From: Octopus vulgaris | Lineage: Eukaryota | DNA: 64,000 nucleotides | Assembly (NCBI GenBank): GCA_951406725.2 | Contig: OX597814.1 | Span: 16,244,001-16,308,000, forward strand | Direction of reading: 5' to 3' | In this document: piece after piece, positions 1 through 12,389 of the stretch | How the letters are laid out: every line of letters starts with the position of its first letter | How positions within the stretch are numbered: position 1 is the stretch's first letter | Position numbers and translations under genes: made by a program | The notes under the pieces: model-generated | Database searches by the model: none | Told to the model about the DNA's origin: nothing | Seen by the model: the letters and a program-made list of their open reading frames with translations, nothing else

Positions 1-887
1 AAAAAGATTTCACGCAACTTAAAAAGAGTTCTAACTAAATAATTGCGAAGCAAATAAATGAAATAGATACAATAACCTCAAAAAATAATGATACGCATAT
101 TGTGTGCAGTATCTAGCGCAGTGTGTTTCGAAATGAGATAGCTAGAAAAAAATAATAAAACAGTTCTTGTTTCGAAACAAAATTATTCAGCAAGAGATAA
201 ATCGCAAAAGAAAACGTATAACTCGAATAATCGAGACTCAAAACTGGGAAAAAAAAAACTAATACAGTAAACACAGCAAAGTGACATAGAATATTTAACA
301 CTCATGACGAAAGAAATCTTTAATAATAAAAAATATATTAATGATGAAAAATATTATTTCAACTTATAAGGTGAAAAATACAGATTTGGAAAGTAAATCA
401 AACAATTCATTCAAATGAAATACTTAAATAAGGTATAAAGTTTTCCAAGAAATGATGTAACTAACGAATACAACTAGAGAATCCACTGAAAGCAAAGCTA
501 GAAACCCTTTAACGCGATAATATGAGAAGTAGAAAAGCCTCATGTAATAGAACAAAATGTGTTAATCCCATTGCACAACGACTATAGAAAGATATCAATG
601 TGCGAAACATCAGGTTTCTATCCCATGTACTAGACCCTCTGGCTGAGGCAAATAATTCTAGCATCAATATCCACAGGAACAGGTGAACCTGTAAAATGCT
701 CATAAGTCAGATGTTTCTGCCACTTACATATTTTACATATCTGCCACTTACAGATGTTTCTGCCACTTCAATACCAGTTCTAATTCTGGTGATGTATCAA
801 TAATTTAACAGAATAATCTACATAAAGAAAGAAATGTTTTTGTAATGGACTGAAATAAACTGTAAAGTGAAGCAACTGCTAAGCAGT

Positions 888-2703
888 TTTTTTTTTCATT
901 TTATTCGTAGTATTATACTCAGAATATCGGTTTTCTTTGGGAAATTATCATGCATAATGCTTACATTTGGATATTCTACGAGAAAACTTGTATAATATCT
1001 GAAACTTTTTTGTTTCATAATGATATCCAGTGGATACCCTCTTAATTCTTACCACTAATGCAGGACTTTATTTCCTTATATTTCTTCCACTGAATGTAGA
1101 TAACCCTATTTGGCTGTTAATATATTCTGGCATATCCACTGGGTGACTTCAACTAGTCTCCCCAACGCTGCCATCCATGCAACCTTCAGCTGGGTATTCT
1201 AAAACAGTTTATAACTCTGGTAAATCTCATACAGAAAGCGAACGTAGGTACAGCTTAGAGAGCTTGGAAAGAAGGCATAGAGAGTTGAAATACTTTCGTG
1301 GATCTTTGAGTTAATGAGAGTGTATGAATTATAACAGTGACTGCGATTCGTAAAATGCAGCGTGGTAGTATGGAAAATAAATGTTATTCTAAAATACAAC
1401 GCGTTACAGTTTTGGCAAAGTTCATATCAAGGATATTTGTTTACATTTTATCTGTCTGGTCTGGTTTTTACCACCATTAAATTTGGCTCTAAACTGTTGA
1501 AAAGGGGGCAACAGATAATTGGAGGAGTATATGATATTAAGTTATGCGTGAAGCCTAGAAAATCAGCAAATTATTGTGAAGAACACATGAGATGCAATGA
1601 TATCTGGAAATCAACAAATGTGAATACTACCGAATGCAGTCAAATGGAATATACAAAAGATATGAAAATTTGGCGTACGACAAAGTATCTTTCTGGCAAT
1701 ATTTCGACTTCATCACTCGAAAGCCGACAACATCAAATGTACTTTTTAAAGGATAATGGAGGAACATGTGATTTTGTGAAACTTGAGATGACTTAGAAAC
1801 TGTGATTATTGTCGATGTAAATAGAGCAGGATGCACAACAATCTTAAGTAGTTAAATATGACGAAAAGGAAATGGTTTCAAACAAAGTAGTACAGAATTA
1901 TTTAGCAGAAAGAGGAACTACACCCACACGGAATCCTCAAGGACTGGAAACACGCTTAGAACTAAACGCGTATAATTAAAAGAAAGGACAGATACAACAC
2001 ACCGGTTAAAGAATTAAAGAAATAATTGAAATAAATATTAAGCTATGAATTGAGTACAATACGAGATGTGAAATACCACCAAGGATAATTTTCCAAGATA
2101 AATTCAAAGCAGTACATGAGTTCAATAAACGCCATATGAAATGGAAGATTGAAAGCTGTATTATTGGTTCAAGAACAAAATCTGCTGAGTGCATATTACC
2201 AGAGTTATAAACTGTTTTAGAATATCCAGCTGAAGGTTACATGGATGGCAGCGTTGGGGATACTAGTTGAAGGCACCCAGTGAATATGCCAGAATATATT
2301 AACAGCCAACTAGGGTTATCTGCATTTAGTGGAAGAAATATAAAGAAATAAAGCCCTGCATTAGTGGTAAGAATTAAGAGGGTATCCACTGGATATCATT
2401 ATGAAACAAAAAAGTTCCAGATATTATACAAGTTTTCTCGTAGAATATCCAAATGTAAGCATTATGCAGTAAATGTGGTTGAAAAATTCCCCAACAATGA
2501 AATGAGAGATTGACATGCGAGAATCTGTGGTGCGGCCATAAAAAATCATCCCAGTCATGTTAATAGCATTTGCATTTTTGACGAAGGATTTGGGAAACAT
2601 GGAAAACTGTCAAGAAAACCATTCATAAGAAACGTTCTCATGATAATTTCCCAAAGAAAACCGATATTCTGAGTATAATACTACGAATAAAATGAGAAAA
2701 AAA
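888..2703. repeat. Long inverted repeat: left arm ~888-1224, right arm ~2197-2468 plus 2639-2703, ~970 bp spacer
   Basis: Direct reverse-complement match, e.g. 'ttattcgtagtattatactcagaatatcgg' vs 'ccgatattctgagtataatactacgaataa'. Roughly 95% identity by eye. About 170 bp (2469-2638) is present only in the right arm. Confidence 0.95.
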
Positions 2704-2979
2704 CCCAAAACAAAATACAAATAATTATAACCTAATTTACTATTCTTTGGTGTCACAGAATATCTAGAGTGAAAAAGAATAGACATAATGATATTCTATT
2801 TGATCAGACATATAATAATGCGTTTCAAAAACGTTAGAATAGTTAATATAATCCACATTAATATTATACCGTTGCTTACTTTATCAAGTCTATTAAAATG
2901 CCTATGTAAAGATCCTGTTTGCTTTATTATAGGCCCAAATAGCATCGTAAATTGGATGAATTCGTCTGTATGGAAATAA
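1224..2979 (+). pseudogene. Decayed intronless ORF, possibly an endogenous viral element with a methyltransferase-like C-terminal part
   Basis: One frame (containing ORF 1362-1796) runs 1224-2670 with about 16 stops in ~480 codons by manual count, fewer than expected for this AT content. The + strand is strongly A-rich. Motifs: MRD*HARI..., IFDEGFGKHG (2574-2603) and, after a frameshift, FKNVRIVNIIH...CFIIGPNS (ORF 2788-2979). Confidence 0.45.
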
Positions 2980-3344
2980 AGATTTTGTAAGGATTTGAAC
3001 CCAGGATTCTGATAGACATAACTCAATATCATTTAATTACAACAATACACATCTCTCTACAATACTAATAAAGAACAAAAAAAAACAGTAACAGGACTAG
3101 CAACAACCACAATAACACAAAAAGACACAACAGATACATTGTAAAGAAAATAAAGAAACTGGCATAAAACACATAAAATTGCCAGATATTGCAAAGAAAT
3201 GTACGTGAAAGGAAATAGAACTTTTATCATTTAATTAATGTTGTAGACTATAGAAAGAAGGTAACGGGGTGAAAAGAAAAAAAAAATCACATTTCAAATG
3301 TCCCTTCACTCATATGATAAATCATCGAAATATTGACGATAATG

Positions 3345-3564
3345 ATATAAATAATGAGCTGATGATGATGGAAGTGATGATGATGATGATGGTGATCATG
3401 ATCATGATCATGAGGATGATGATAATGATGATGATGATGATGATGACGATGAATGCAATAAACATATGTGTAACCACAGATGTATTATTATTGTTGTTAT
3501 TATTATTAATATTATTATTTTTTATTATTATTATCATCATCATCATTATCATTATCATTATTAT

Positions 3565-3597
<33 letters not shown>

Positions 3598-3725
3598 CAG
3601 TAGCAGCAGCAGCAACAGCCGAAGCAGCAGAAGCAGCAGTATTAGTGGTAATAGCGGTAAGAGTAGGAAAAGGAAAAACAAAACAAAATATAATTGTAGT
3701 AGTAGTAGTAGTAGTAGTAGTAGGT
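3345..3725. repeat. Compound trinucleotide microsatellite (GAT/ATT/AGT/GCA)n
   Basis: Directly visible. Source of the low-complexity ORFs at 3269-3817. Confidence 0.97.
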
Positions 3726-4181
3726 AGGAATGTTGATGATGTTTGTGGTGGTAAAAAGATTGTAGATGAGATATAATAACAAAAATAGTCAAAGAGAAAA
3801 AAAAAACAATCATTCAATTAGCGTTGAGAAAAGAACAACAAAAAAAAGCAGCAAATAAACATGGCTGCCACATTAGTGAAACATTTGAAACAAAGATGTA
3901 TAAATCCTATTTAAGAAGCAACGGGCATCTTTAATACAGCAACAGGAACGCATAATCGTCGATATTAAAAAAAAGGCTTAGACATTTATATGTGAATATA
4001 TACTCCCAAGCTTATGTATAATTGTATTCACTTACTTAGGTAGGTACAAGCATACACATAGACGTAGATATATATTATTAATATATAGCATGTTTAGTGA
4101 GCATGACTATATACACACACACACAAACATACACGCATATTCATACATATGTATATATGTGTGTATACACACGCACACACA

Positions 4182-4219
<38 letters not shown>

Positions 4220-4234
4220 GATAGATAGATATAG

Positions 4235-4400
4235 AAATTTGTGAAATTTAAAGAAAAACAAAAGACGAAGACAGTTGTATGAACAATAAGCAATTGTATT
4301 AGTGTGACGCTCGGGAAATTGAAAAGCTATTTTATGTTTCGAGCCTAGGCTCTTCAACAGAGAGGAATACCAGAACATAAACAGAAAGAGAATGAAAAAA
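4235..4400 (-). mobile_element. Short element next to a (TA)n/(GATA)n tract with a hammerhead-like motif (Penelope pLTR/retrozyme-like)
   Basis: Minus strand 4333-4362 reads CTGTTGA-A-GAGC-ctag-GCTC-GAAAC-ATA. It shares 'gacgctc(a/g)ggaaa' and layout with the element at 35175-35390. Confidence 0.55.
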
Positions 4401-5129
4401 ACTTGAAGATTTCAGCCGTCCACCATGGCGAAGATATATATTTCGCTTAGATATTGCGTTTAGGAGAAAAAAACTTGGTGTAAAATTCAACATACTTATA
4501 TTTCAGAACAATATTTTAAATGAGTATAGAACTATAACAAGATAAAAAAAATGCCACGAAATTTATTAGCATACAGCTGCTTCTACTATTCAATGCAGTG
4601 GACTCTTCAAATGAATGTCTGGATAACGTCCTATACATTCATGGGAGCTTCGACTGCAAAACGGAATTTATTTCTGAAAAAGAATTACATTTTTCTGAAT
4701 ATACAGGGAACGTAGTACTAGTAAAAAAAAGTCATCGCTGATATACATGGAGAAACGTATGCACATTTGTTTCTCATGTATCACCACATTTTCTGATACA
4801 TATACATATATATATATAGGCATTGAGTCTAGACTAAAATTGTGAAGACTTGACAATAACTAAGGCTATAACTGAAGCAAATTTTACTGTGATTTTCTTC
4901 TTATAGATAGATTTTACTGTAATATGTAACTGTTTTATGTTTAGTACTAACATATTATATATTACCATTGACTTTTATACCCTATTTTCAAATTTCTGAT
5001 TATTAATTAATAATTAAAAAATTAAATGTTTTTGAAGTGCAAAAATTACTTTGAATTATTCTTAATTTTAACAAGTGGAAGTAGTAACTTGTAATAAAAT
5101 TTTTAGTTTTAATGAAAGCTAATATTTTC

Positions 5130-5300
5130 TAAATCTAAATATTTTATTTGGAATTTTATACTTAGCTGTAATAATTTGTAAAAAAATTTCTCGTACTTTA
5201 CCTGATGTAATAACTTGTCCTGAAATTTTCAGGTTTATCATCCTGAGAATATTAGTTCTCTTGCTCTCATGTTTCCACATAACATAATATTCTACTGTGT
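5130..5300 (-). repeat. Unclassified dispersed repeat, copy 1
   Basis: The reverse complement ('gagcaagagaactaatattct...caggacaagttattacatcaggta...cagctaagtataaaatt') matches 16435-16605. Confidence 0.75.
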
Positions 5301-7262
5301 AAAATTTTAAACTTTAAATACTCATGCGTTTAGCTTTATTCTTCTGATAACAAAGGGCTTACTCACACATATGAACCTGTTTATACGAATAAGACAAGCA
5401 AATACAAATATAACCGTGTCGTTTATACATGGATACTAGTAATTATCCATTTTAGTTGAAAATAGCTTTTCGAAAAATATGTAAACGCAGTATATCTATG
5501 GATATGCATTTTAGTCAATGCGAACTGACATTTTATCACATACTAGTGTTTCCATATATTCACATATACCAATACATTTTTATCATGAAATTTGCTACTA
5601 GTGAGAGTCTTTTCTGTTGAACCGCTCTTTGATTAGAACTGAAAATAATTTTATCTTACTTATAGTCTAATCTTAATCCTTAAATGTGAGTCGTAACATA
5701 TCCTGTACTTAGTTGTTATTCTGAGCTACGAAGAAACTGAATCACCAAGGTTACTCTAGAGTTGATAGCTATTATTCATGCATATTTTACTTAAAATATT
5801 TGCTTCCTTTAACGTGTTTGAGATGAACGAATAAAGCATTTAAGGATGCTTGATGCCCTCAACTCATCGTATCCTATCATTGAATATGAGCTCCACCTCA
5901 AATTTTAATATATGTGACAAATACTTATATTTTAAATAATAATGTTCTATTGTTTCAATATAATGAACCCGTGTACACATTTAAGCAACAAATATCTCAG
6001 CTAACAACCTTCATGTTCTTGTTTTACAAGAAAGTTCGGTCTGCTGCATAGCAAAATATGCTTCTCTGTCATATACACTTTATGGACATATTTGAGTTTA
6101 ATTAGATCTCGTATTCTTGTTGCAGAATATACAGATTTCATCGTTTGTAATAGAACATTGAATTTCCCGGATATTCAGCTTCATCAAAGAATTGGTTAGA
6201 ACTTCACATACTGAACGTGAAGTATTTCCTAAACATTAATTAACATTTGAAAATATTCTTGATCTATTAATGAACAATATCATGTTATTCTTTGCATTTT
6301 GCTGGCACACTCATAGTAGGAAGATGGAGACGATCGGACATCATTATAAAAGAAAAAAATGTTCCTTTGCTTGTAACTAAAAGAGGCATAATTAAAAGTA
6401 TCGATGTTGCCAAGCTAATAAATCTTAATACTTCCAAAATATTCATCCATTTGTAAGTTAAATATTATTACAAAGTCAAAAACTTGAAACTCCTAATTAT
6501 TGAAACACCATAATCCGCAACGTTGATTACAGAAAGCGCACGCTACTGAATGATTCAGTTCAAAAAGAATCCTTTATTATTTAGCATGCACAGCAGTTGC
6601 CAAAATGCTAGGAAGGTAGACTTCAAGAAAACGAATTTGTGCATTATCAATAGGTGTTTGTTTTTTCTGCTTCATACTGTCATGAATTTGATTACATTCA
6701 TGACACGTGTCTAAGACACAGCAGATTAAAAGAAAAAATTCATGATTTATTAGCCATACATTGAAAATACAAAAACAATGCTGATTAGTTTTTCATCTTG
6801 TTACGGTTTGAAAGAGTGTTTCTCTATATTAGTTTTCCCATATAGGTTACTTGAAATTCTATATTCCTGTTTGGCTATATCTGAAGAGTAATATTTTCTA
6901 CAGTGACTACTATATACTTTTTTTCGTCGAAGAAGGTGATGGACATATTTGTACCTATTAGATTTTGAATATCAAGATTTCGTCTTTATTTTTAGAGATA
7001 CTTGTTTTAGTCCAACATAGTATCGTATAATACTTTTAATTTACTAATTATTTCCACCCATTGATTTTCATGCTCATGATCTCTAATTCTTGAAATTCTT
7101 GTTCTTAACGCTTTCATATATACATATTTATTTATATTTTTTGCTTTTCTTATTCTAGTTCGTGTTATGTCAGTCAGTAATACACACGTATTTTTTATGT
7201 ATCGTTTGTTGCGAGTTGTTATGTCTATGTTCAATTATTCAATCGTTGCCTATTTTGCTAAT

Positions 7263-7825
7263 GGCGGCGAGCTAGCAGAAACGTTAGCACGCCGGGCGAA
7301 ATGCTTAGCAGTATTTCGTCTGCCGTTACGTTCTGAGTTCAAATTCAGCCGAGGTCGACCTTGCCTTTCATCATTTCGGGGTCGATTAAATAAGTACCAG
7401 TTACGCACTGGGGTCGATATAATCGACTTAATCCGTTTGTCTGCCCTTGTTTGTCCCCTCTGTGTTGAGCCCATTGTGGGCAGTAAAGAAATAGGTATTT
7501 CGTCTGCCGTTACGTTCTGAGTTCAAATTCAGCCGAGGTCGACCTTGCCTTTCATCATTTCGGGGTCGATTAATTAAGTACCAGTTACGCACTGGGGTCG
7601 ATATAATCGACTTAATCCGTTTGTCTGCCCTTGTTTGTCCCCTCTGAGTTGAGCCCCTTGTGGGCAGTAAAGAAATAGGTATTTCGTCTGCCGTAACGTT
7701 CTGAGTTCAAATTCTGCCGAGGTTGACATTACCTTTCATCCTTTTGGGGTCGATAAATTAAGCAACAGTTGCGTACTTTTTCCCTTCCCCAAAAATCTCG
7801 GGCCTTCTGCTTAGAGAAGAAAAGA
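7263..7825 (+). mobile_element. SINE family A, trimeric: head plus three units starting at 7311, 7495 and 7679 (184-bp period, last unit shorter)
   Basis: Head 'ggcggcgagctagcagaaacgttagcacgccgggcgaaatgcttagc', B-box-like 'gagttcaaattc', core 'gcctttcatc..tcggggtcgat..taagtaccag'. At least 10 copies in the window. Confidence 0.92.
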
Positions 7826-9572
7826 CTCTTTGCTTATTTATCCGTTATATATTTTTCTACTGTATTCTTTCTACTATATGTGCGGGCGCACGTTCACATA
7901 TAATTACATTGTTGAATTAACACCGATTTGTGCGTTCCGATCGCGACACGTCACGACTGCATATCTTTGTTTTACAGAGAATGACAAAATGCACTTAACA
8001 TATAAGAATAGGCTGATGAAGATCTTTATTGGTCAAATGATATTCATGTATCCAAGCAGGAATGTCCGAAGGAACGTTTCACGGATAAATATAAAGTAGA
8101 AAAAATAAGTATTTGCTTATATAAACGGTTTCCATAAATACTGAGTTGCTTTTACCGAGACGGATGTTCGCACCATACACCAGATAATGCATCATTTATC
8201 TGTAAGCAAAATTTTTTTTATTATAGATGAAAATTCCATGGTTTTAATACAGGAAATTTGTGCTGCTGGTACTCGATCCAGTGGTGTTTTCATAATTGAT
8301 AATCCATTTAAAATAAACGCAACTTTATTTGATGGATATTTTCATCCCTTACTATTTGTTATATCACCTGGTACAAAAATTTCCCTCCTCCGTGTTTTAT
8401 TCAAATAGTACAGACTTGTCCAAAAAGTTCCCTGGAGAAAATACTAGCTGCAATTATCTACGTTGTTGCTTGAGTTTCTGAAGACTCAAGTGGAAAGTTA
8501 CACTTCCAAATCTGTGGCCATCAAAATTCCAATTGAGGCTTTTATCCTCTCATTTATATTATTTGATTGTTTTTACAAGTGTATTAACTAATATCTACTA
8601 TGTTATATCAACACACTTCTCTTTATCCTTGACGTTTAGGTATATTGATTTCTCAATTCAGGACAGTACTATACTTTTCATTATGAGGGTATATAGTCGA
8701 TTTTAGTCAACTCAGTATTTCACTACTATCTATTCCAGCTTATTCAATGGAATACACCAACATTTTTCAAAAATATGTCGGCTATTTTGCTAACGAATGA
8801 AATTGTGTCTTGAAATCTATTGAGTTAGAGTTACCAGCTACTTTTTTATTTCGACATATTCTTCGAAAGTGAAATCTATATATAAAATAAAATTACAAAA
8901 ATATAACTTCCGTTTTGCAATATCGGAAATATAATTTATACGCACATACATATACACATATACACATACATACAAATGTATCGAATGAAAAAAAAAATTA
9001 GGTATAAAATACTGAAAAAAAAATATGAGAGAATCAGCTTGTTGCAATTCATTTCATTTATGCTTTATAATAGTTTTGAAAAGGAAAAAAGAAAATGAAA
9101 AATAGTTTAGCCAGAACGAAATGAAGATTGGCAGAAGATAAATAAGGGGGGAAAAGAAAATATAAAGAGAAAATACGCAATCATAAGAAAACGTTTTAGT
9201 TATAAATTCAATTCTCTCTAGCAAATGGTTACTGGTTTATTTCACCAAGGATTGATAATTAAGCGATATCTTGCAGAGGCATTGATATTGCCAGCGCAAT
9301 AGATTAATCCAAATATCTTTTTTTTTCTCATGTTAAACGGGCAAACTTCACGTGATAACACCTTTTATATTTTTTTTTATATATATTTTTTATTTTTGTA
9401 TTTTTATTTCGCAATTTTTAAGCATTTGATGTCGGGCAGATGGTTTTGTTGGTTTTTTATTTTTTGTGCATTTTTGTTGGTATTAATGTAGTTGATATAC
9501 TTGATGTTGTTGCCGTTGTTGTTTTACTGTTACTTTCAATAAAATGTTTTGTGTTTTCTTTTGGCACGACAT

Positions 9573-9812
9573 CTAATTTCCTACTGAAAACGTTGCAGAT
9601 TGTTTTGACATGTCCCACGGTGTGACGTGTTGGAAATGATCACACCCGTCTTCGAATGATGCTGCTGTCATGAATATAAGAATTGAGAGTGACGGTAGAT
9701 TGCCACTCGGAAGACACGTCTTTCTGACCACTGCTTCGCCGTCAGCCTTATCAGTATCCTCCTTGCTTTTGCACATCGTCTTACAAGTTGTCATTCTCGA
9801 CATAGGTGACAT
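9573..9812 (-). CDS. Candidate 79-aa small ORF in a unique-sequence island
   Basis: ATG at 9812 to TAG, non-repetitive (MSPMSRMTTCKTMCKSKEDTDKADGEAVVRKTC...). It follows a long pyrimidine tract on that strand. No homology recognised. Confidence 0.15.
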   Translation of the reverse strand: MSPMSRMTTCKTMCKSKEDTDKADGEAVVRKTCLPSGNLPSLSILIFMTAASFEDGCDHFQHVTPWDMSKQSATFSVGN

Positions 9813-9817
9813 GATGG

Positions 9818-10230
9818 TGAAGAAGAAGAAGGGAAGGAGAGGCAGAAGAAGAAGACGACGAAGAAGATGTAGAGTAAGAGTGGCAGAAGAATAAGAATAA
9901 GAGGAGGAGGGGAGGAGTGGCAGAAGAAGACGAAGAAGAAGGGGAGGAGAGACAAAAGAAGGAGAGGAAGAGGAGGAAGAGAAGACGAAAAAGAAGAAGG
10001 TGAAGAGAGGGAAGGAGGAGGAAAAGAAGAAGAAAAAAGAAGAAGGAAAAGAAGAAGAAAAAGAAAAAGAAGGAGGGGAGGAGAGGCAGAAGATGGAGAA
10101 GAAGGGGGAGAGGAAGAAAAAGAGGGGGAAGACGGGGAAGGAGGAGGAGAAGAAGGGGAAGAAGAAGAAGAGGATGAAGGGGAGGAACTGAGAAGGAGGA
10201 GAAGAAGAAGAAAAAGAAGAAGAAGAAGAC
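9818..10230. repeat. Polypurine (GAA/GAG) low-complexity tract
   Basis: About 410 bp almost entirely A/G on the + strand. Confidence 0.95.
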
Positions 10231-10723
10231 AGACAGAAGTTCAAACACATTATAAGGCCATTATCCCCATCCTAATCATTGCAATCATCAACATCACTAT
10301 CATAGTCATTACAGGGAATATACATGTTCAATATTATTATTGTAATCTTCCTTTTGCAGACGAAATAAATTCAACTGCATAAATGCTCGTCCGTACGTAT
10401 GCAAAAAAAGTATTCGTAATACCATTTGAGTAATACGCATATTTAGGAATGCACACATGTATGTATAAAATCGGTAAGTGTACACACGACTGGCGCCGGA
10501 AGAATGAAATTCAAGGTTACGTTCAGTGGAATCGAAACAAAGTAAATAGGCTTTATAGAAATTTTGATAAATTTTGCTGGATCTTTTAATCTCGGTGCCA
10601 TGTAATGATACGTTTCAGAACGTTGCATGCGTAAAGTTGTTACAGTAATCTGACTGGCATTAATGCGTGAAACAGTGGTGTCAATTTTGAAGACTTCTGT
10701 CTATTGTCAAACGTATTAAATAT

Positions 10724-11106
10724 TTGGAAGCACTCCGTCGGTTACGACGACGAGGGTTCCGGTTGATCCGAATCAACTGAACAGCCTGCATGTGAAATTA
10801 ACGTGTAAGTGGCTGAGCACTCCACAGACACGTGTACCCCTAACGTAGTTCTCGAGGATATTCAGCGTGACACAGAGAGTGACAAGGCCGGCCCTTTGAA
10901 ATACAGGTACAACAGAAACAGGAAGTAAGAGTGAGAGAAAGTTGTGGTGAAAGAGTACAGCAGGGATCACCACCATCCCCTGCCGGAGCCTCGTGGAGTT
11001 TTAGGTGTTTTCGCTCAATAAACACTCACAACGTCAGGTCTGGGAATCGAAACCGCGATCCTATGACCGCGAGTCCGCTGCCCTAACCACTGGGTCATTG
11101 GGCATC
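10724..11106 (-). mobile_element. tRNA-derived SINE family B (tail type a), full length, 12-bp TSD
   Basis: Reverse complement of 14623-15011. TSD cgtattaaatat at 10712-10723 and 11107-11118. Confidence 0.95.
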
Positions 11107-11194
11107 CGTATTAAATATGGGACTATTAGCAAAAGCAAGATATGTTAACGACTGTAATAATAGAAATGATAGTGCAAATAAAAGTGCTCTAATC

Positions 11195-11345
11195 TAAGGA
11201 CAAATGGCAGTAATTTTGATGTGAGGGCCGAGTCAATAGCCTAGAAACCAATATGTCGGAGGTACTTTATTTTGCCAACTCTGAAAGTATGAAAAAGCAG
11301 AGCTGTGTTCACCTAGATTTGAACACAAAATGCAAAGAGCTGCAT
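11195..11345 (-). mobile_element. Old decayed family-A-related SINE
   Basis: Degenerate 'ggtactttattttgccaactctgaaagtatgaaa...gatttgaac', matching the reverse of the family A core. Confidence 0.55.
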
Positions 11346-11466
11346 TATACATTTTTCGATTCTCTAATCATTCAATCAGAAATTTGACACCTTTTTCTTT
11401 TCTTTTTTCTTTTTTTTTTGAAAAGAAGCAATTGCTTCTGATTTCGCCACAAAGTCAGTAAATCTT

Positions 11467-11682
11467 ACGGAGAGCTGGCAGAAACATTAGCACGCCGGGC
11501 AAAATGCTTAGTAGTATTATGTCCGTCTTTATGTTCTGCGTTCAAGTTCTGCCGAGTTCGACTTTGCCTATCATCCTTTCGGTATCGATAAATTAAATAC
11601 CAGTTGCGTACTGGAGTCGATCTAATCGACTGGCCCTTTGCCACAAAATTTTGGTCCTCGTGCCTAGTGTAGAAAAAGGATA
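11467..11682 (+). mobile_element. SINE family A monomer (tail type 2)
   Basis: 'gagctggcagaaacattagcacgccgggcaaaatgctta...gtgcctagtgtagaaaaagga'. Confidence 0.9.
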
Positions 11683-11689
11683 TTATCGA

Positions 11690-12170
11690 ACTTAGAGGAT
11701 GGATGAAGATCTCGATCGAAAGTAAAAACCGAGAAGAAATACTGTAAGGCATTTTATCCGACGCTCTAACGATTGTATATGTGGCTAAGAGTTAATCGAT
11801 TAAATCGACCCAACGACTTAAATGTACTTTTATCGATGTCGCAAGAATAGGAGGCAAAGTTAATATCAGTTAGTTCCAACTCAGAACATAAAATACTGCA
11901 ACTAAACACCGCAGTATATCTCACTTGAAGTTCTAAAGTTTGTACTGTTTATCTCACCACATATTTTACTAAAAACAACTACAAAAATGATATCTTATAG
12001 TAGTTACAAATTTTGGCAAGACCAGAAATTTTAGGAGAACGGATAAGTCTATTATAACAGTCCCAGTGCTCCACTGGTACTTATTTTATGAACTTTGAAA
12101 GGATGGAAAGCAACGAGACGGTGTTTGAACTTGAATTCAAGATGTAAGGCCACAAGAAATGCTAGGAAAC
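11690..12170 (-). mobile_element. Cluster of decayed family-A-related SINE fragments
   Basis: Repeated degenerate cores, e.g. 'cccagtgctccactggtacttattttatgaactttgaaaggatggaaagc'. Confidence 0.55.
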
Positions 12171-12389
12171 AGTTTTTTTGACAAAAATGAATGTAAAACG
12201 AATATATTATCTAAGCAAGCATATATGAGGAATTTATTAATTTATTATTTTAATATTATAGGGTTTTGCCTGATTCTTCAAACTTCACAGTAAGCATCTA
12301 ATATTCAATGCATGAAAACATGCAGAAGAAGCACAAGTTAAATCATGTCCGTACAAACTAAGTGCATTATAAGGGTTTATAAATAATAC

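Noticed and set aside
708-770. Short local repeats ('tctgccactt' x3; also 'tatgcaaggaaaac' x3 at 30238-30283)
   Set aside because: Consistent with ordinary slippage or repair duplications, with no further structure.
8011-8408. piggyBac-like words (YWSND, IDENSMV, LFDGYF) and a CTGATGA-GATC/GGTC stem at 8013-8040
   Set aside because: Motif spacing is too short for a piggyBac catalytic core, and the hammerhead reading lacks the GAAA box. Neither is supportable.
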